A stretch of 20,000 nucleotides of DNA from an uncultured virus (IMG/VR IMGVR_UViG_3300037419_001565) (IMGVR_UViG_3300037419_001565); one strand, 5' to 3'; counted from the stretch's first letter, positions 1-8,263 are shown. Notes: a model not told the origin generated them from the letters alone. Numbers and translations: made by a program.

Positions 1-1
1 T

Positions 2-655
2 GAGATTGATTGGGTCAGTGCAGTCCTGATAATAAGTGAGTGTAGTCCCCACAACATTGACGTGATTGCCGCCGCCGCACACGAATGAACCAGAATCGGT
101 CGAGAGTGTAGCTCCTGGGGGTAAGTTCTGAGCCACGACGCTCAAGGCATGATTTGGACTTGAACTTGTATCAGAAAGCAAGTAGAAGTCCATGCCGAGA
201 GGCAGGTCATGTCCCGCATCTACGTGGTGCGCTCCCCAGAAGTTCAGACGATAGTCGTAAGATCCCGCGCCTGCGGCAGTCGGACTCATGAACACCGTAG
301 CAAGAATGTACTTGCTTGTGTCTGCAATACAACGCGAACGAACTTGCGTGTACCAGCTAATCCCGGCTGGATAGATTCCGGTGACAGTCACCGAATGCGA
401 AGTTACCCCTCCTGTGTCCAGCGTTGCAGTATGACCAGCACCGGACGCATCTCCCACGCTTCCACCATCATCGTTGGGAACCGACCACATCAGGAATGAA
501 TCTGAGGGTGAGTCAGTCGTCCAGTCCACACGGACAGAAGTTGTTGAGAGGGCTGTTGCGGTCGGACCTGAGGTAATCGCAGGTGCCGCGCCGGGACACA
601 CTCCCGCATACGCAAGCGATGCAAGCACCGGCAATAAAAGCAGGACTTTCTTCAT
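2..655 (-). CDS. Secreted protein with Sec signal peptide and FN3/Ig-like N-terminal domain (partial, runs off window start)
   Basis: Not in the ORF track. ATG at 655 overlaps the TGA of the upstream gene (ATGA). Manual translation MKKVLLLLPVLASLAYA-GVCPGAAPAITSGPTATALSTTSVRVDWTTDSPSDS...VTSHSVTVTGIYP stays open to the window edge. The WTTD..SDS/SHSVTVTG pattern resembles FN3-type beta-sandwiches. Confidence 0.75.
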   Translation of the reverse strand, partial: MKKVLLLLPVLASLAYAGVCPGAAPAITSGPTATALSTTSVRVDWTTDSPSDSFLMWSVPNDDGGSVGDASGAGHTATLDTGGVTSHSVTVTGIYPAGISWYTQVRSRCIADTSKYILATVFMSPTAAGAGSYDYRLNFWGAHHVDAGHDLPLGMDFYLLSDTSSSPNHALSVVAQNLPPGATLSTDSGSFVCGGGNHVNVVGTTLTYYQDCTDPINL

Positions 656-2358
656 TGGCACTGGAAGGTGTAGGTATTAACCACGCCAGAACCTGCGGTG
701 GCGTTGTTCTGGATCTTCAGCGAGACATAGTCCCCCGCCGAGAGCGCCACTGTATGCGTCGTATCAGGAGTGACAGTTGCGTCTGTTGCCCCGGCCGCTA
801 CCGTCACCGTCAGGGTCGTGTCGGCCATGCCCGCCACAGTTGCACCCTTGCGCAGCGTGAGCACCTGACTTCCAGTGCCGGATTGTGCCGAGCCGAGATA
901 GATGTAAAGGTTCTTGGCGGTACAGGCCACCGGAATCTTGGTCGTCCGGTCTGCTTCCGTTGTCGAGCACGCGCCCGACCCACCTACGTTGCCTCCGAGA
1001 ATCGGACAGTAACTTGTTGTTGATGCACTTACCGAGACCCCGCCATAGAACCCAAACACCGTGCCGATGCCCGAACCTGATGGGGTAGCCCATGTACCAT
1101 CCCCACGCCAGAACGTTGACGATGACGCGCCTGTTCCGCTGTTTAGATTGTTGACTGAAAGATTTCCAGTCACATCGTTGGCAAGACTTACGGCTGACCA
1201 TGAAGCCTGACCCGCCGCATTACCATGCAAAACTTGCGTCGTCGTACCTTGGTTTGCCGCAACGTGAGACGAGCTAGTTAGATTCACAAGCGCAGCAGCC
1301 GCATCCTGCGTGCCGGAAGTGATATGCGTGAAGCCTGTGCCCGTTGGCGTGCTGCCACCGCCTCCGCACGCTGCACCGTTATCTACGATGTTCCCGCTCG
1401 CGTCGAACTTCGCGCAGTTGCCCGAGGTCAGCGTGCCCGAAGTTCTGGCCAAATCCACATAACTTCCGTTATTGAAAGAAGCCTTAATGGTGTGGGATGT
1501 TGAATCGGCGTAAAGAAAGGTCTTTCCCGCAGCTGGACCACTTGCGGGAGTTGTGCCTTCTGAGAATTTCCAAGACGAGCCTTCACCCGCTGTGCCCGTA
1601 GTAGTAACAGCACCAACCGTTAGCGTGTCGGTGGCCGAGTCATACGTCATCCCAGCATCGCCACCTACTGTCGTTGTGCCGGTATAGACGGCGACCTGAT
1701 TGACGGTCGCAGAGCTGACCGTTCCAGATCCACCGCCCCCACCAGAATCAGCCGAACACGTTACCGTTGAATCGGTGTTAATAGAAAGTACGTGTCCTGT
1801 TCCAGTGCAATCTTTTGATTGCACCTTTCCACCAGCCGATGCGCCGGGGTTGGGTAACTGAGCGGAAGTTGCTGTGCCACTAATGTCTGAGAACGCGGGT
1901 TGTGCTTTGGTGAATGCGCCAGTACTTGAGTTGTATGCGGTAAAGAAATTGCTTGCTGTGGCCGTTGTATTCGCAGGTGCAGCTACACAAGTCGCATCAC
2001 TTTTTAGCAAGCCCGAACACGCACCTGCAGCCCACAATGTGACGATATCGGCTGCCGCAGCCGCACTCGGAACACCCGAAGTGGATTTGATTACACCCGA
2101 GAGCGAAGAAACTTTGATGGCTTTTCCAGTGATTCCATTAAATAGAACCATCTGTGAGTCCGTAGACGAAGCCGGTCCCGCCACGTCTCCCGCACCAGCA
2201 GGAGTGCTCCATTGGGTCGTGGTGCCGTTAGTGGAGAGGAATTTGCCTGACTGACCCGATTGGTCGGGGAGAGAGGAATTCCCACCTCCGCCACCGCCGA
2301 ATTGTCCTTGGGCGAATGCGAGGGATGAGAGCGCAATTGTGAGAATTATCTTCCGCAT
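652..2358 (-). CDS. Gly/Ser/Thr-rich tail fibre/adhesin-like protein with N-terminal signal peptide
   Basis: 568 aa. MRKIILTIALSSLAFA-Q is a signal peptide. Fibre-like motifs: QSGQSGKFLSTNGTTTQW, GDVAGPASSTDSQMVLFNGITGK, TFWRGDGTWATP. 10 Cys; C-terminal beta-rich domain. Confidence 0.75.
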   Translation of the reverse strand: MRKIILTIALSSLAFAQGQFGGGGGGNSSLPDQSGQSGKFLSTNGTTTQWSTPAGAGDVAGPASSTDSQMVLFNGITGKAIKVSSLSGVIKSTSGVPSAAAAADIVTLWAAGACSGLLKSDATCVAAPANTTATASNFFTAYNSSTGAFTKAQPAFSDISGTATSAQLPNPGASAGGKVQSKDCTGTGHVLSINTDSTVTCSADSGGGGGSGTVSSATVNQVAVYTGTTTVGGDAGMTYDSATDTLTVGAVTTTGTAGEGSSWKFSEGTTPASGPAAGKTFLYADSTSHTIKASFNNGSYVDLARTSGTLTSGNCAKFDASGNIVDNGAACGGGGSTPTGTGFTHITSGTQDAAAALVNLTSSSHVAANQGTTTQVLHGNAAGQASWSAVSLANDVTGNLSVNNLNSGTGASSSTFWRGDGTWATPSGSGIGTVFGFYGGVSVSASTTSYCPILGGNVGGSGACSTTEADRTTKIPVACTAKNLYIYLGSAQSGTGSQVLTLRKGATVAGMADTTLTVTVAAGATDATVTPDTTHTVALSAGDYVSLKIQNNATAGSGVVNTYTFQCQ

Positions 2359-2669
2359 TATCGCGCCGACTCCAAACGCTGGATGTAGTAGGTAACGTTC
2401 CCCGCAGTCGGGTTGTAGATGCGGATGTGCGTGACATTCCGACCTGTGCCCATCGTGTAGACGACTCCCGAAGGAATGAGGAAATCCGAAGTGGAAGCCG
2501 CATTCATGCCCGAAGAGGTTCCTGCTTTGATGTGCATGTTTCCCGTGCCAACAATCGCAACCGCCGCGTTCGAGCCAACCTCAATTGCCGCGCTAGAGGT
2601 GGTGGTTGCGAGAGTTCCTGTGATCGTGGGGGCTTCGGAGTGGGTTAAGAGAGAGGAGAGGATGGCCAT
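2358..2669 (-). CDS. Small beta-rich putative virion protein
   Basis: 103 aa, Ala/Thr/Gly-rich, C-terminal VTHIRIYN strand; TAATG coupling to the next gene; late-gene context. Confidence 0.6.
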   Translation of the reverse strand: MAILSSLLTHSEAPTITGTLATTTSSAAIEVGSNAAVAIVGTGNMHIKAGTSSGMNAASTSDFLIPSGVVYTMGTGRNVTHIRIYNPTAGNVTYYIQRLESAR

Positions 2670-2706
2670 TTTAGATTTTTCCTAGGCGGGGATTGAGAGG
2701 GAGGTA

Positions 2707-2729
2707 ATTGAAAGGTTTTGGGGGGATGA
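2707..2729 (+). repeat. Dispersed motif copy 1
   Basis: ATTGAAAGG-TTTTG-GGGGGATGA. Confidence 0.8.
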
Positions 2730-2732
2730 AAA

Positions 2733-2951
2733 TTACTTTTTGAAAACGTCTGCGCTACGGTTCACGCCGTAGAAGAGGGTCATCAGAACCCCTTGCGCGC
2801 CAAGCGTCATCGGATCAGGCAAGGTGTGAGTAATTTTCAAAAAGCACGAGTCCCAGGCAAGGACCGCGCAGACGATGGGAAGCGTTATGCAGCGAGAAAA
2901 GCTGACTGTGCCATCGGCTTCAGAAAAGCAGGATTTTAGGAAGGTTTTCAT
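2733..2951 (-). CDS. Holin-like small membrane protein
   Basis: 72 aa, two hydrophobic segments, N-terminal SEADGTVSFSR and basic C-terminus (FKK), typical of two-TM phage holins. Confidence 0.6.
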   Translation of the reverse strand: MKTFLKSCFSEADGTVSFSRCITLPIVCAVLAWDSCFLKITHTLPDPMTLGAQGVLMTLFYGVNRSADVFKK

Positions 2952-2953
2952 TG

Positions 2954-2980
2954 TTGAGATTGAAAGGTTTTTGGGAGATG
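2954..2980 (+). repeat. Dispersed motif copy 2
   Basis: TTGAGATTGAAAGG-TTTTT-GGGAGATG. Confidence 0.92.
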
Positions 2981-2981
2981 T

Positions 2982-3290
2982 TTAGTTGAGCTTCTGTCCG
3001 TTCTTCTCGACTTTGAAATCGGAAATCAGATCCTCAACAGTAGTGAACTTTCCCGACTTGATGCCCTCCGCCCAGTGATGCACGAGGTCTTGAAGCATTT
3101 GCACCTTGACGTAACTTTGCGAACTGTCACTCGATGCAACCGCGTAGAGAGCGTTTACTTCCACACACGACGCGCATCCCATCACCTCAGGCATGACTGA
3201 ACCTCTTCCGGTGTAGCCGTGTAGCGGGCATGACGGGACGATGTAGATTCCCGTTGTGTCTTCTTGATGTTTGGGAGTTCTCTTGCTCAC
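2982..3290 (-). CDS. Hypothetical protein (CPLH...CASC, possible metal binding)
   Basis: 3' part of track ORF 2982..3446; likely GTG start at 3290 overlapping the upstream TGA (GTGA). Confidence 0.6.
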   Translation of the reverse strand: MSKRTPKHQEDTTGIYIVPSCPLHGYTGRGSVMPEVMGCASCVEVNALYAVASSDSSQSYVKVQMLQDLVHHWAEGIKSGKFTTVEDLISDFKVEKNGQKLN

Positions 3291-3565
3291 AGTTGAATCA
3301 CCTGCTTGAGAAAAAGGGCGAAGCGGAAACCTACAATCAACGCGAGTGGGACTTCCGCGTGAAAAATAAGAGAGAGGGCGAGCAAAGCAACACTCGGCCC
3401 TCCCACTCCAATGATTGCGCCGATCTCTATGCCGAACCGTCCGCATAGGAATCGGACAAAACGGTTCAACTCAACAGCGATACCGAACAATCGCATCTGA
3501 CGCGCAGAAAACCACGCATCAAACGCGCACAGCCCGACAAAGACTATTGAGAGGAAAGTCAGCAT
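3287..3565 (-). CDS. Small multi-pass membrane protein (DUF5658-like)
   Basis: ATG at 3565 coupled to upstream TAA; hydrophobic 92 aa with the D-AWFS...G-IAVELN pattern. Confidence 0.6.
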   Translation of the reverse strand: MLTFLSIVFVGLCAFDAWFSARQMRLFGIAVELNRFVRFLCGRFGIEIGAIIGVGGPSVALLALSLIFHAEVPLALIVGFRFALFLKQVIQL

Positions 3566-3999
3566 TAAGCCAAGATCCTCTTTAGGCGGATGGTCGCAAC
3601 ACAACCCGCGAGGTTCGTGAGAGTACCCGCAAGCTTGAGGCCCAGACGATCACCGCCACCGAGTTTCAGCGCAGCCGCGTCACCGCTCAAAACAGTGCCA
3701 CTGGCGACGGTATTTGCGCTGCCTGAGAGCGCCACAGTACCCGTCAGCATGGCCGTACCCGAACCAGGAGCCGTGGTGCCGGTCAACTTTTCAAGCTGAA
3801 GCGTGCCCGAGGTCGAGGCGGTTCCAAACACAACATCAATGCCCACGAGCTGATAGGCATCGCCTGCGGGACAGATGAACAGAGAGCGTGAAACGTCGGT
3901 TGCAGAAATGGTGATGTTTTTTAGGGAAACGGTCGGAATCAGGTTGCCATTGACTGATGCACCTGAACCGAGTGCCGGAGTTGAATTTTGAAAGAGCAT
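3565..3999 (-). CDS. Putative virion structural/head decoration-type protein
   Basis: 144 aa, Gly/Ala/Thr-rich beta-sandwich composition, late cluster next to the terminase. Confidence 0.6.
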   Translation of the reverse strand: MLFQNSTPALGSGASVNGNLIPTVSLKNITISATDVSRSLFICPAGDAYQLVGIDVVFGTASTSGTLQLEKLTGTTAPGSGTAMLTGTVALSGSANTVASGTVLSGDAAALKLGGGDRLGLKLAGTLTNLAGCVATIRLKRILA

Positions 4000-4012
4000 T
4001 GTGTTTTATTCC

Positions 4013-4210
4013 TTATTTTTTGGTTTTGATCTCCGAGCGGAGGATCAAATCCTCACCCGGCTTTGCCACTGAATGTTCACTGGCGAAGGTCTCTCCGCAA
4101 TCCACGCACATTCCCAGAATCACGGCGACTCCTGAAGCGGGAACTCCCACTACATCGCAGCAGTGGAATCTGTGCGGGCCTTTGCAGATGAATTTGTTTT
4201 GAGGTTTCAT
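4013..4210 (-). CDS. Hypothetical small Cys-rich protein
   Basis: 65 aa directly downstream of terL; CKGPH..HCC..CVDC. Confidence 0.6.
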   Translation of the reverse strand: MKPQNKFICKGPHRFHCCDVVGVPASGVAVILGMCVDCGETFASEHSVAKPGEDLILRSEIKTKK

Positions 4211-4212
4211 TG

Positions 4213-5736
4213 TTAAAAATACGAGTTATGTTGCGCGTTATGCTTCACTATTCCACCGCGAAATTCACGCGAGCGAAGGTGAGGCTTGCGTCCGTTCATG
4301 TAACCGAGAGCCATTCCGATGCACTGCAAAATATCGTCATTACCTTTAGCCGGTCGATCCTTACTCAACCCTTTTAGCCTGCCTCGTGCATGGAAGTCGT
4401 AGGTATATGTCTCGATCTCATCTACGAACTTGTGATTGTCATCGAAAGCAAAGAACTTCGGATGACGTGCATTTGAATCTGTGGTCGCGTTCAAATACTC
4501 GTTGAAGATGTCCCGACCATACTGCTCATCGAATTGCGGAAACCGACAGTTGATTCCTGACATCGCGTAGAGGTCTTTACAAGTGCGATGAGATTCCGCA
4601 TTCTTCTGATTTCCACCACGCGGGTCAATCAACCACAGGTCAATCACGTTTCCTGAATAGAGGGTGCTTAGGTTCTTCGCGTGTTCGCTGACGATTAAAT
4701 CTCGTTCCTTGTATTCCAAATCGAGATACGCATCTCCATTCGGAGCAAAAGCGATTGAGCAACTTCCTGTGGGTCCGGTAGGTGCAGGGTCAATCACATT
4801 CAGCCTGTACCACTCTTTCGGAATCGTGAAGCGTTTTACCAAGTGCGTGTTTCGATTGAACGCTTTGAAGACCAGCCCAGCTCGGGAGATAAACTCCCCG
4901 TAAATTCGCGCCCTACCTTCAGGATCACCATTAAGCCATCTCGCCTTCAGCCGCTCTTTCTCGTCCTCAGGAATATGCGGATTATCGAGAACCGAGAGCG
5001 AAACAAATCTCACATCCTTCCGACCCGCCTTCCATTCTTGATGGAGGTCAAACACCCACGGTTCGCGGGCGGCGGAGTTGATGTCGTTCAAAGGAGTGAG
5101 AGTGATGAGAATCTTTCCATTACAGTCAATCGTGCGCTGGAAGATTTCATCGTAGATGTCCTTGTTCGGCTCCTCATCAATCCACGCCCAATCGACCGAG
5201 GCCGCTTGAAACTTCTCACGTCCTGCTTCAGCCGACTTGCATTGGAGAATGCTTCCGTCAGCGTGAATGATCCGCGACTCATATTCGCTGACCTTCGCAA
5301 TCACGCTCTCATCGAGCTTAGGAATCAAGCCAGGATGGTTTCTTCCTGTCAGGAGTTTCTCCTGCAGGATCACATCCCTGACGATGTTGTAATCAAGTCC
5401 AGTCGCCCAAATGATCCGAGGCTTGTTTTCATCGGGAAGCGGGACATCCTTTACCAAGTCCCACGAGGGTTCATCTTTGAAATAACTTTTACCGAGAAAG
5501 GCGGCGGTGGTGAGGAAGGCACCTAATTCCGTTTTTCCGCTCCGGTTGCCTCCTAGGAGGCCGAAAACTTTTAACTCCGGTGTGAACTGCGCGATTGCTT
5601 CCTGCTGTGCAGGAGTAGCTTGCCAGTATCGAGCGAAATGCTCCTTCTTCCGCTTTTCTTCGAGAGCCAAAATCGCCGCCAACCGTTCATCGGCTGGGAG
5701 GCGGCTGAGTTGGCTGAGGGCTGCATCGAGGGACAC
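4213..5736 (-). CDS. terL: Phage terminase large subunit
   Basis: 507 aa. Walker A GGNRSGKT, Walker B WAWIDEEP, motif III TLTP, RNase H-like C-terminal nuclease (IDP..., GNDD). Confidence 0.95.
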   Translation of the reverse strand: MSLDAALSQLSRLPADERLAAILALEEKRKKEHFARYWQATPAQQEAIAQFTPELKVFGLLGGNRSGKTELGAFLTTAAFLGKSYFKDEPSWDLVKDVPLPDENKPRIIWATGLDYNIVRDVILQEKLLTGRNHPGLIPKLDESVIAKVSEYESRIIHADGSILQCKSAEAGREKFQAASVDWAWIDEEPNKDIYDEIFQRTIDCNGKILITLTPLNDINSAAREPWVFDLHQEWKAGRKDVRFVSLSVLDNPHIPEDEKERLKARWLNGDPEGRARIYGEFISRAGLVFKAFNRNTHLVKRFTIPKEWYRLNVIDPAPTGPTGSCSIAFAPNGDAYLDLEYKERDLIVSEHAKNLSTLYSGNVIDLWLIDPRGGNQKNAESHRTCKDLYAMSGINCRFPQFDEQYGRDIFNEYLNATTDSNARHPKFFAFDDNHKFVDEIETYTYDFHARGRLKGLSKDRPAKGNDDILQCIGMALGYMNGRKPHLRSREFRGGIVKHNAQHNSYF

Positions 5737-5755
5737 GGGAGGAGTGGGTGAGTTG

Positions 5756-5784
5756 TTGAGATTGAAAGGTTTTGAGGGAGATGA
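5756..5784 (+). repeat. Dispersed motif copy 3
   Basis: TTGAGATTGAAAGG-TTTTGA-GGGAGATGA. Confidence 0.92.
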
Positions 5785-5806
5785 AAAGGAGGTCTAGCCT
5801 CCCTTT
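5783..5806 (-). terminator. Possible intrinsic terminator/hairpin
   Basis: Minus strand GGAGG-CTAGA-CCTCC followed by TTTT, right after the stop of 5807..6109. Confidence 0.4.
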
Positions 5807-6109
5807 CTATTGAATTCCGAGTGCGACTTTGCTACGACCGAGATGACGATCAGCGGAGTAGAGAATTGAACGAAGTGAACGAAGACGTTCAATCACTGTA
5901 GGAATCGCCTGTCCTGATTGAGTACATGCAGGCTCCGGCTCAATTCCTTGCACGTTTTCAGCCACCAATCGTGCAGTGTTCTCGACCGAATTTGCAACAC
6001 CGAACAACTCACTAATGAGGGCTTCGATAGTTTCTTGTTTAGGGACGATGGCATTTTGAAGACCACTAAAATTGGTCGGAACCGCCCCATAATCTGCTTG
6101 CTTGTACAT
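5807..6109 (-). CDS. Hypothetical helical protein
   Basis: 100 aa, ATG with AGGAG RBS 9 nt upstream. Confidence 0.7.
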   Translation of the reverse strand: MYKQADYGAVPTNFSGLQNAIVPKQETIEALISELFGVANSVENTARLVAENVQGIEPEPACTQSGQAIPTVIERLRSLRSILYSADRHLGRSKVALGIQ

Positions 6110-6418
6110 CTAAATTCTCTCCTGCATCTGGATGATGCCGATTTGAAGCTGTATGAATGAGCAGGAGAAGATTGATTCCCGTCGCCAGAGGACTCCCGAT
6201 TCTCCACCTCTGGATGAAGCTTTTCACGGTGGCCTACCGTGTCGAATGCTTCTCAGCCCTGCGGTAGCTACGCCGCAAAACCTTAGCGTCTCAATTTGTG
6301 GATCGTTTTCTTTCCGCCACAACAGGAAACTGGCTGTTTAGACTCTCCGCCATGAGTAGGCTGCGCCAATACTCCCCAGCTATACGCTTCTTCGAGAGGC
6401 GTGGATGAGTGTGTTACT

Positions 6419-6454
6419 TAATTAGACTGCTGAAACCTGTCATCGACTTCACCT
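6419..6454 (-). promoter_or_regulatory. ECF-sigma-like late promoter, copy 1
   Basis: AGGTGAAGTC-N17-GTCTAATTA on the minus strand. Confidence 0.75.
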
Positions 6455-6467
6455 TTACCAAGGAAAA

Positions 6468-6623
6468 TTATTCATCATCCTCATCTTCCTCAATCGGCGT
6501 GATGAACCCAATCGCAGGGGGTCTTTCCTTAATCAGCTCACTCACCAGCTTTGCCAATCGGGAGTCGATCATGCGCGTGAGGGCAGCTTTCTGGCGGGGG
6601 TTGAAGGGAGGGCGTTTGGGCAC
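6468..6623 (-). CDS. Small hypothetical protein (51 aa, acidic tail)
   Basis: Manual translation from GTG: MPKRPPFNPRQKAALTRMIDSRLAKLVSELIKERPPAIGFITPIEEDEDDE. Confidence 0.55.
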   Translation of the reverse strand: MPKRPPFNPRQKAALTRMIDSRLAKLVSELIKERPPAIGFITPIEEDEDDE

Positions 6624-6629
6624 GGTAAG

Positions 6630-6656
6630 TGAGATGGAAAGGTTTTTAGGGAGATG
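6630..6656 (+). repeat. Dispersed motif copy 4
   Basis: TGAGATGGAAAGG-TTTTTA-GGGAGATG. Confidence 0.92.
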
Positions 6657-6836
6657 TTATTCAGCGGCGAATAGTTCGCAGAGGCAGTTGTTGATGCGCT
6701 TGTTGTGACGACCGGAAGGGCATCTATCCCCGATGGGGATCTCAGCCGCAGGCCCACCGAACTCCTGCACCTCGGGGCGCGAGGAGGACTTGACGATTGG
6801 ATAATTGGAGAAAGTGGAGTTTAAGAATTTCGTCAT
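6657..6836 (-). CDS. Small hypothetical protein (59 aa)
   Basis: Manual translation MTKFLNSTFSNYPIVKSSSRPEVQEFGGPAAEIPIGDRCPSGRHNKRINNCLCELFAAE; bracketed by inverted copies of the dispersed motif. Confidence 0.5.
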   Translation of the reverse strand: MTKFLNSTFSNYPIVKSSSRPEVQEFGGPAAEIPIGDRCPSGRHNKRINNCLCELFAAE

Positions 6837-6860
6837 TTGTCAACCCTAGGTATACAAGTC

Positions 6861-6888
6861 CATCTCCCTGTAAACCTTTCAATCTCAA
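6861..6888 (-). repeat. Dispersed motif copy 5
   Basis: Reverse complement TTGAGATTGAAAGG-TTTACA-GGGAGATG. Confidence 0.92.
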
Positions 6889-7331
6889 TTCGGCAGTTGG
6901 GTGAGATCCACCGCCTGCTCGCCCTCACCCTTCAACTTGCGCTTCATCGCGTCGATGTCCTTCGCGCTCAGGCCCGCAAACACGTTGATGGCTGATTCCG
7001 CCCCCACATGCCCTTCGGCCTTCAAAATATTCATCCCTACATTCGCGGCCTTCTCCCAGGCGTCGTCGTTCATAAGCCGGTCCATACAAATGACCATCTT
7101 CCCGATGGTGGTGTTCTTGTCCCGCTGGGGATCGGTCGCAATCTCCTTCGCAATCTGATTTCGGCGCTGGTAGAGGACTTGTTGGAAAGCCGGATTGAGG
7201 GAGAGTTTCTTAGCTTCTTCGTCTCGGAGTCCCAAGCCCAGCTCGACGGAAGCCTGCCAAACGGTCTGGTTGTTCCTGACCATCTGTTCGGCGAGGCGGG
7301 CGAAGTAGGGTTCTTCTTTGCGGGGAGCCAT
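6885..7331 (-). CDS. Probable terminase small subunit
   Basis: 148 aa helical protein with HTH-like N-terminus, between HNH and terL; call rests on size, position and composition. Confidence 0.55.
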   Translation of the reverse strand: MAPRKEEPYFARLAEQMVRNNQTVWQASVELGLGLRDEEAKKLSLNPAFQQVLYQRRNQIAKEIATDPQRDKNTTIGKMVICMDRLMNDDAWEKAANVGMNILKAEGHVGAESAINVFAGLSAKDIDAMKRKLKGEGEQAVDLTQLPN

Positions 7332-7337
7332 TCATTC

Positions 7338-7373
7338 TAATTAGACAGTTGAAACACTGATCCGACTTCACCT
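7338..7373 (-). promoter_or_regulatory. ECF-sigma-like late promoter, copy 2
   Basis: AGGTGAAGTC-N17-GTCTAATTA ending 6 nt before the ATG at 7331. Confidence 0.75.
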
Positions 7374-7856
7374 GTCCTGAACTATTTCTTTGGCTTTATG
7401 AGGACAGATACCCTTGTTGTGGTATTTCCCCAAGTTACAGTTCCAACAGAGGATCTGGAAACGCTCCGATGGATAGTGATTATCGACAATCCACTTTGCC
7501 AAACAGCTAATTTTCTCTTTTCTACGGTGCTCGGCTCCATCGTTGTAAACGTGGTCGATAGTGAGAAAACGAGAATCTTTGATTCCGCAACACCGACACC
7601 ATTTGCCGTAGTGGTTAAAGACCTTGTTTCTATAGCGTTGAGAGGCTTTGGTCGGATATTCGATGTAGTTCTCGACTGCGGTCTTCAGCACTTCCTCTTC
7701 ACGCTTCCGCTTTTCTTCGATCCGCCTGACACCTTCTTCAACTTGCTCCGGCGTGTATTCCACCTGGCCTCGGTTCGACCACCTCTCTTTGAACTCCAAA
7801 CACTTCTTTAAATGCTGTTCCGGCGTCTTTGCGCCAAATAAGTACTTACGTGCCAA
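7368..7856 (-). CDS. HNH endonuclease
   Basis: CRCC...LTIDHVYNDG...FQILCWNCNLGK...CPH; likely TTG start at 7856 behind an AGGAGG RBS (track start is 7907). Confidence 0.88.
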   Translation of the reverse strand: MARKYLFGAKTPEQHLKKCLEFKERWSNRGQVEYTPEQVEEGVRRIEEKRKREEEVLKTAVENYIEYPTKASQRYRNKVFNHYGKWCRCCGIKDSRFLTIDHVYNDGAEHRRKEKISCLAKWIVDNHYPSERFQILCWNCNLGKYHNKGICPHKAKEIVQDR

Positions 7857-7873
7857 TGATTTAACCCTCCTGC

Positions 7874-7909
7874 TAATTAGACAGCGTAAAAGGGAGCATG
7901 ACTTCACCT
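7874..7909 (-). promoter_or_regulatory. ECF-sigma-like late promoter, copy 3
   Basis: AGGTGAAGTC-N17-GTCTAATTA just upstream of the HNH RBS. Confidence 0.75.
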
Positions 7910-8042
7910 AATTAGAGGAAAAATACACACTAAAACCTTTGATATTAGCTATTTGCAAATATTTCAAAATTGGAATTTTTGTCGGAGCCAAGGAATCCAT
8001 TATCTTGAGCCGTTCTGATCGGGCGGAAAGCCGTAACCTACA

Positions 8043-8186
8043 GAAAACAAAAGACTTAGCTAACTTGTTGATTCTAAAGAAAGCGATGAAAACAAAGGAC
8101 TTAGAAGGTACAATAAGGTACTCTCCAAACCCTTTAGAATCAATGACTTAGTATTTAGAGCTATCTTGTTGAAAACAAAGGACTTA
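8043..8186. promoter_or_regulatory. Cluster of IHF-like sites in the AT-rich divergence region
   Basis: WATCAANNNNTTR matches at 8138-8150 (+) and 8061-8073 (-); GAAAACAAARGACTTA at 8043, 8088 and 8171. Confidence 0.6.
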
Positions 8187-8263
8187 CACGCGACACAATT
8201 TTTGAGCGGATCCTCTGGCCCGTCTCCCAACAAAGAAAATTAACTATCCGCATAACTTTTCTG

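Noticed and set aside
1..10. TGAGATTGAT at the window start resembling the motif 5' extension
   Set aside because: Diverges immediately; no AAAGG or GGGAGATG box.
209..2685. Plus-strand ORFs over the fibre region
   Set aside because: Antisense shadows of well-coupled minus-strand genes.
4664..5797. Plus-strand ORFs including the 227-aa ORF 4843..5526
   Set aside because: Antisense to terL; no recognisable motifs.
6160..6300. Possible tRNA in the hairpin-rich region
   Set aside because: No convincing cloverleaf, T-loop stem or CCA end could be built by eye.
7368..7856. HNH gene as part of a self-splicing intron or intein
   Set aside because: Free-standing, with its own promoter and RBS; no interrupted gene on either side.
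7939..8151. 70-aa ORF in the divergence region
   Set aside because: TTG start without an RBS; its repeated KTKDL simply reflects the IHF-like DNA repeats.
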